Assembly (NCBI GenBank): GCA_043732705.1
Contig: JAYTHE010000002.1
Coordinates: 191,608-255,607 of the forward strand
Length of the DNA stretch: 64,000 bases
Direction of reading: 5' to 3'
Source of the DNA: Candidatus Omnitrophota bacterium
GTDB taxonomy: Bacteria > Omnitrophota > Omnitrophia > Omnitrophales > Aquincolibacteriaceae
Shown here: positions 58,550-64,000 of the stretch, in pieces
How positions within the stretch are numbered: the stretch's first letter is position 1
Layout: each line of letters begins with the position of its first letter
Position numbers and translations under genes: made by a program
Notes under the pieces: generated by a model
Told to the model about the DNA's origin: nothing
The model's input: the letters and a program-made list of their open reading frames with translations, nothing else
Databases searched by the model: none

Positions 58550-58608
58550 ACTCAACCCAAGTTTTATTTGCAGTAAAAAATGAATTCAGATTTTTAAACT
58601 ATTTTGAA

Positions 58609-60056
<1,448 letters not shown>

Positions 60057-60275
60057 AACGTCCTTTTCTCAAGGATAAGAGCTTAATAGCCCCGTTCTCC
60101 TTAAGGTAGGCGGCTATTGTATGGAGAAAGAGGGTATTTTCAATGAATAAAAAGCAGGCCTTTGCTGTCTAAATTGTGAGTTTGATGTTTTATTTAGATT
60201 TTACTTGGGATGACTTGTTAGTTTTTAGTATAATTTCAAAATTCCGAAGGCCTTTTCAACTAGGAGTTCGATGTC

Positions 60276-60941
60276 ATGAAAATCCGCGTACTTGTTTTTA
60301 TACTTTTTATGAGCGCTTTAATTTCTTCCGCGTATGCAGCCGAGTATGAGCTTGATTCCGCACACACGGCCGTAACCTTTAAAATCCGCCATTTACTTTC
60401 TAACGTAAACGGAACATTTGACAAGTTTGAAGGGAAGTTTTCTTATACCCCGGATAAACCCGAAGAGTGGAAGGTGGAAGCAAAGATTCAGGCGGACAGC
60501 GTCAACACCCGCAATGAGCAGCGTGACAATCATTTGAAGTCAGCTGATTTTTTTGATGCGATCCACTACCCTGAAATTACTTTTAAAAGTACAAAAGTAA
60601 CAGATTATAAAAAAGGTCACGCTAAACTGCATGGACTGTTGAATATGCATGGCGTTGAAAAAGAAGTGGTCATGGACTTGGAAGTTTTAGGTCTGGAAAA
60701 GGATCCTTGGGGCAATGAGCTTGCCGGTTTCAGCGCAACAACAAAGCTCAACCGTAAAGATTATGGGCTTGTTTGGAATCAGCTGGCCGAGTCAGGTAAG
60801 CTGCTTGTGGGCGAAGAAGTTCAAATTACGATTGATGTGGAAGGTAAAACGATTACTTCCCAGGCTCCTGCAGAAATGGCGGCGTCCGATGCCGCAGAAA
60901 AAGTTCCCGATGATGTTACAACAGAAAAAAAACCTTCTTAA
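60276..60941 (+). CDS. YceI family periplasmic lipid/polyisoprenoid-binding protein
   Basis: Signal peptide; D.AHT.V.F.IRH, RDNHLKSADFFD, DPWG, LNRKDYG. Confidence 0.92.
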   Translation: MKIRVLVFILFMSALISSAYAAEYELDSAHTAVTFKIRHLLSNVNGTFDKFEGKFSYTPDKPEEWKVEAKIQADSVNTRNEQRDNHLKSADFFDAIHYPEITFKSTKVTDYKKGHAKLHGLLNMHGVEKEVVMDLEVLGLEKDPWGNELAGFSATTKLNRKDYGLVWNQLAESGKLLVGEEVQITIDVEGKTITSQAPAEMAASDAAEKVPDDVTTEKKPS

Positions 60942-60962
60942 AAATAACCAAAGGAAAATAAA

Positions 60963-61223
60963 ATGAAAACGCAAAATAAAAAGTTTGTAGTTGCTGCGAT
61001 TGCCGGTTTGATGGCGGTTGCGGGTTCTCTTTCCGTTCAGGCGATCGCGCAGGCCGAAGATGTGCATTGCTACGGTGTTAACAAATGCAAGGGTACGGGC
61101 GATTGCGGCGGAAAAGGTACGAGCTGCGCCGGGACAAATTCTTGCAAGGGTCAGGGTTGGGTTACGATGGCTAAAGATGCTTGTCTGAAAATGGATGGCG
61201 GATCATTAGAAGCCAAAGCCTAA
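60963..61223 (+). CDS. Exported Cys-rich RiPP precursor (bufferin BufA2-like)
   Basis: Signal peptide; CYGVNKCKGTGDC...CAGTNSCKGQGW...C (6 Cys); next to a DUF692 gene. Confidence 0.85.
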   Translation: MKTQNKKFVVAAIAGLMAVAGSLSVQAIAQAEDVHCYGVNKCKGTGDCGGKGTSCAGTNSCKGQGWVTMAKDACLKMDGGSLEAKA

Positions 61224-61243
61224 GCAAAGCACTCGAGAGATGT

Positions 61244-61275
61244 AAAAGGAGGGAGTTTATGCTCCCTCCTTTTTT
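61244..61275 (+). terminator. Rho-independent terminator after the precursor gene
   Basis: AAAAGGAGGGAGT-TTAT-GCTCCCTCCTTTTTT. Confidence 0.85.
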
Positions 61276-61314
61276 ATTTTCACCTAAAATCGATACCAAA
61301 GTTAAAATAGTCGC

Positions 61315-62988
61315 ATGTTAATTCAACCGCGCAATAATTTAGGGCATGGTGTGGGGCTGCGCTCCGAGCATTTCAATGAAATTCTTGAAACCAAACCCAA
61401 GGTTGATTGGTTTGAAGCTATTTCTGAAAACTTTATGGATACGGAAGGGCGCCCTCTCCATATTTTAGAAAAAATTCGCGCGGATTATCCGGTGGTACTG
61501 CACGGAACCTCTTTATCGATCGGTTCCGCGGGCGGTCTGAGCGCTGTTTATTTGGAAAAACTCAAAAAATTAGCTGACCGAATTCAGCCGGCAATGGTAT
61601 CAGACCATTTATGCTGGGCTGATCATGGCGGTAAACGTCTTTTTGATTTGCTGCCGCTGCCTTTCACTGAAGAATCATTGAAGCTCGTTGTTAGGCACGT
61701 TGATCAATTGCAAAGTTTTTTAGGTCGCCGTATTTTGCTTGAAAATGTTTCCGCCTATATTGCTTTTAAACATTCTGAAATGACGGAATGGGATTTTCTT
61801 GACCAGGTCGCGAAGCGAAGCGGCTGCGGTATTTTGCTCGATGTGAATAATATTTATGTGAATAGTTTTAATCACGGCTTCGACCCGCTTGAATATTTGA
61901 ACGGCATATCACCCGAACACGTTTTTCAATATCACATCTCCGGCCATACTGATAAAGGCAAATTTCTTTTCGATACGCATGTCGGTGAGATAATTGATCC
62001 GGTCTGGCAGCTATATGCGACCGCCGTCCGGCGGTTCGGTGACATTTCATCGCTGATTGAATGGGATTCCGAAATCGGCAGCTTGGATCAATTAATTGAA
62101 TTGAATGAAAAAAGCAGAGCCATTGCGAAACAATCTCAGACCGGAGATCGGAGACCGGAGGCCGGAGGGCTAAGAGCTTCCAGCCCTCGTGTCTCGGGTC
62201 TAGGGCCTAAACTTGATCATGTTCAATCCATGTTTGCCTCAGAAATATTGAAGAAATCAAAAACGGCTTTAGCTGAGCTGTTAGAAAAACAGGCCGGTGA
62301 TCCGGGAATTGAACGTGTTGAGGTTTATGCGGAAGGTTATCCGGCGCGCATCCGCGATGCCCTGCTCGAATGTTATCCCGCGATCCATAAAGTTTTAGGC
62401 GAGGGTGTTTTTACGGAGCTGGCGCTTGAATTTGCGGGCTCGCGCAGTTTTGATCATTATAATTTGAGCCGTGCCGCGGATCACTTTCCCGTTTTTTTAC
62501 AGATGAGTTCCCGCAACGAAGAGTTTCCTTTTCTGAGAGATTTGGCGCAGCTTGAAAAATCCGTTCAACGGTCCTTTCATGCCGAAATAAAAGCTTCCGC
62601 GACCGGCGTGGATTTTGCGGAGAAAGCCGCCAGTGACGGTGAAAATGTGGTTTTTCAATTTCAGCCGCATGTTTTTGCCGTGCGTTCATTTTGGCCGATT
62701 CTTGATATTTGGAATGCGCGCAATCTTCCTCCTGATCAAATTAAGATTCAAGTTGAAGGCCGCGCCCAGGCTGTTTTGATTTACCGCCGCGGCGAACAGG
62801 TTGTCTGCCAAAAAGCAGAGGCGCTGGAGGCCGCTATTTTGCAAAGTTTGATGGATGGTAATCCGCTGGGAAAAGCTTTTGATGTGATGACGGAAGCTGA
62901 TGATATGACCCCCGTTCAAGGTTGGTTTTCAAGTTGGCTTGCTAATGGGCTGATTGCTAGCTTTGAGCAGATAGCAGATAGCAAATAG
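61315..62988 (+). CDS. MNIO (DUF692) maturase fused to DUF2063-type partner domain
   Basis: GVGLR, ENF, HG.SLSIG, SDHL, LLEN, LLDVNN, HISGH, DTH, IEWD; then R.EVY..GY..R...L...YP, DLAQLE and IW partner motifs. Confidence 0.9.
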   Translation: MLIQPRNNLGHGVGLRSEHFNEILETKPKVDWFEAISENFMDTEGRPLHILEKIRADYPVVLHGTSLSIGSAGGLSAVYLEKLKKLADRIQPAMVSDHLCWADHGGKRLFDLLPLPFTEESLKLVVRHVDQLQSFLGRRILLENVSAYIAFKHSEMTEWDFLDQVAKRSGCGILLDVNNIYVNSFNHGFDPLEYLNGISPEHVFQYHISGHTDKGKFLFDTHVGEIIDPVWQLYATAVRRFGDISSLIEWDSEIGSLDQLIELNEKSRAIAKQSQTGDRRPEAGGLRASSPRVSGLGPKLDHVQSMFASEILKKSKTALAELLEKQAGDPGIERVEVYAEGYPARIRDALLECYPAIHKVLGEGVFTELALEFAGSRSFDHYNLSRAADHFPVFLQMSSRNEEFPFLRDLAQLEKSVQRSFHAEIKASATGVDFAEKAASDGENVVFQFQPHVFAVRSFWPILDIWNARNLPPDQIKIQVEGRAQAVLIYRRGEQVVCQKAEALEAAILQSLMDGNPLGKAFDVMTEADDMTPVQGWFSSWLANGLIASFEQIADSK

Positions 62989-63037
62989 CCATAAAAAGAA
63001 AGATCGTGTTTCTGCTCAAGGCTATGAGCTGAACTTT

Positions 63038-63424
63038 ATGGATAAATTTAAGATCACTCCTGAAATTCAATTGCGAATCGACAATGATTTTCAATGCCAG
63101 CGCTGCAATGAATGCTGCCACAGGCCGGGATATGTTTATTTGAAGGAGGGTGAGGCGGAACGCATTGCGGAATATTTAAAAATGCCGCTTTATGATTTCA
63201 CGGATCAACATTGCGAAGTAATTGCGCGGCGGCATTTGGTTTTAAAAAAACTTCCTGATGAAACCTGTATCTTTTTGACGGAGGGCGGTTGTTCTATTCA
63301 TGCCGTCAAGCCGGATCAATGCCGCGAATTTCCATACCGTTGGCATACGCCGGCAAGTTGGGATTATTGCGCGGGTTTACGCGCGCTGCGTGATACCATG
63401 GCAGACAAGAAAGAAGGCGTATAA
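63038..63424 (+). CDS. YkgJ family Cys-cluster (CxxCxxCC) protein
   Basis: CQRCNECC, CIFL, CSIH..KP.QCR.FP, C. Confidence 0.9.
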   Translation: MDKFKITPEIQLRIDNDFQCQRCNECCHRPGYVYLKEGEAERIAEYLKMPLYDFTDQHCEVIARRHLVLKKLPDETCIFLTEGGCSIHAVKPDQCREFPYRWHTPASWDYCAGLRALRDTMADKKEGV

Positions 63425-63425
63425 A

Positions 63426-64000
63426 ATGCTGCATCATTGGATGGCTCAACTTCTGGTTTTAGCCGCGACACCATGGGGACCCTTTGTTTTAATCATCAAC
63501 GCTTATATTGAAGCGTTTTTCTCGCCGATTCCACATGACCCCGTTTTGATGACTGTGGCTTTGGCTGATCCTAAAAACAGTTTTCTTTATGCCGCGATCA
63601 GCGTGCTTGCCGCTACTTTAGGTATGGCAAGCAGTTATGGGGTTGGGCGATGGGGAAGGAAAACGGCGTTGGTTAAAATTTTTGGCAACCGGCATATGGC
63701 CGAAATCCAGGCGCTCATTTTGCGTTACCAAAATAAGGCCACTTTAGTCGCGCTTTTTACGCCCGTTCCCGACAAGCTTTACTCCATGATGGCGGGGTTG
63801 ATGAAGCTGGACTTTAAAATGTTTATGCTGATTACTTTTATTTCCCGCTTTTTTCGGTATTTTTTCACCGCGACGCTTGTTTTTGTTTATGGCGAGACCA
63901 TACGCAGCTTGTTGATGCATTCCCTGCATTGGATTTTACTGGGCGTGGTCGTAATCGGAGTGGGGCTTTATTTTGCGACCAAATTGTTTTATAGTTTGTT
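63426..64000 (+). CDS. YqaA/DedA (VTT domain) membrane protein, runs off the window end
   Basis: My translation: MLHHW...EAFFSPIPHD...SYGVGRWG...FTPVPDK....AG...SRFFRYF; absent from the ORF track because there is no stop. Confidence 0.85.
   Translation, partial: MLHHWMAQLLVLAATPWGPFVLIINAYIEAFFSPIPHDPVLMTVALADPKNSFLYAAISVLAATLGMASSYGVGRWGRKTALVKIFGNRHMAEIQALILRYQNKATLVALFTPVPDKLYSMMAGLMKLDFKMFMLITFISRFFRYFFTATLVFVYGETIRSLLMHSLHWILLGVVVIGVGLYFATKLFYSL

Overview
A gene-dense bacterial chromosome segment, mostly on the + strand. Taxonomy cannot be proven here, but the gene content is suggestive of a PVC-group organism such as Omnitrophota (inference). In order it contains: a secreted carbohydrate-binding-like protein and a glutathione peroxidase; a cobalamin-riboswitch-controlled btuB-btuF-btuC-btuD-cobO uptake/salvage operon; two Hsp20 genes behind a sigma54-like promoter; thpR, a YbeD-like gene and dapL; a large surface-polysaccharide locus (ABC exporter, pyruvyl transferases, many glycosyltransferases, Wzy/ligase, FkbM, WcaF, then beta-barrel/Wza/Wzc/priming GT) that is interrupted by a 1363-aa modular protein and a direct-repeat-flanked Fic gene; amtB-glnK, galE, a porin-pstSCAB phosphate operon, thiD, thrH, hemB and a HIT gene; and a YceI/Cys-rich precursor/MNIO(DUF692)-DUF2063 fusion (bufferin-like RiPP) cluster. 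I found no rRNA, tRNA, CRISPR array or transposase. The most unusual signals are: (1) the 1363-aa protein, which looks like a self-processing polyprotein (putative metallohydrolase domain, two RSExR motifs, an internal signal peptide directly after the first motif, and an AA C-terminus); (2) a family of long palindromic elements with conserved loop motifs, one inside the riboswitch expression platform; (3) heptamer repeats translated in-frame in several proteins, including the MNIO fusion linker; (4) several apparently leaderless genes. All calls were made by eye from motifs, with no database search.
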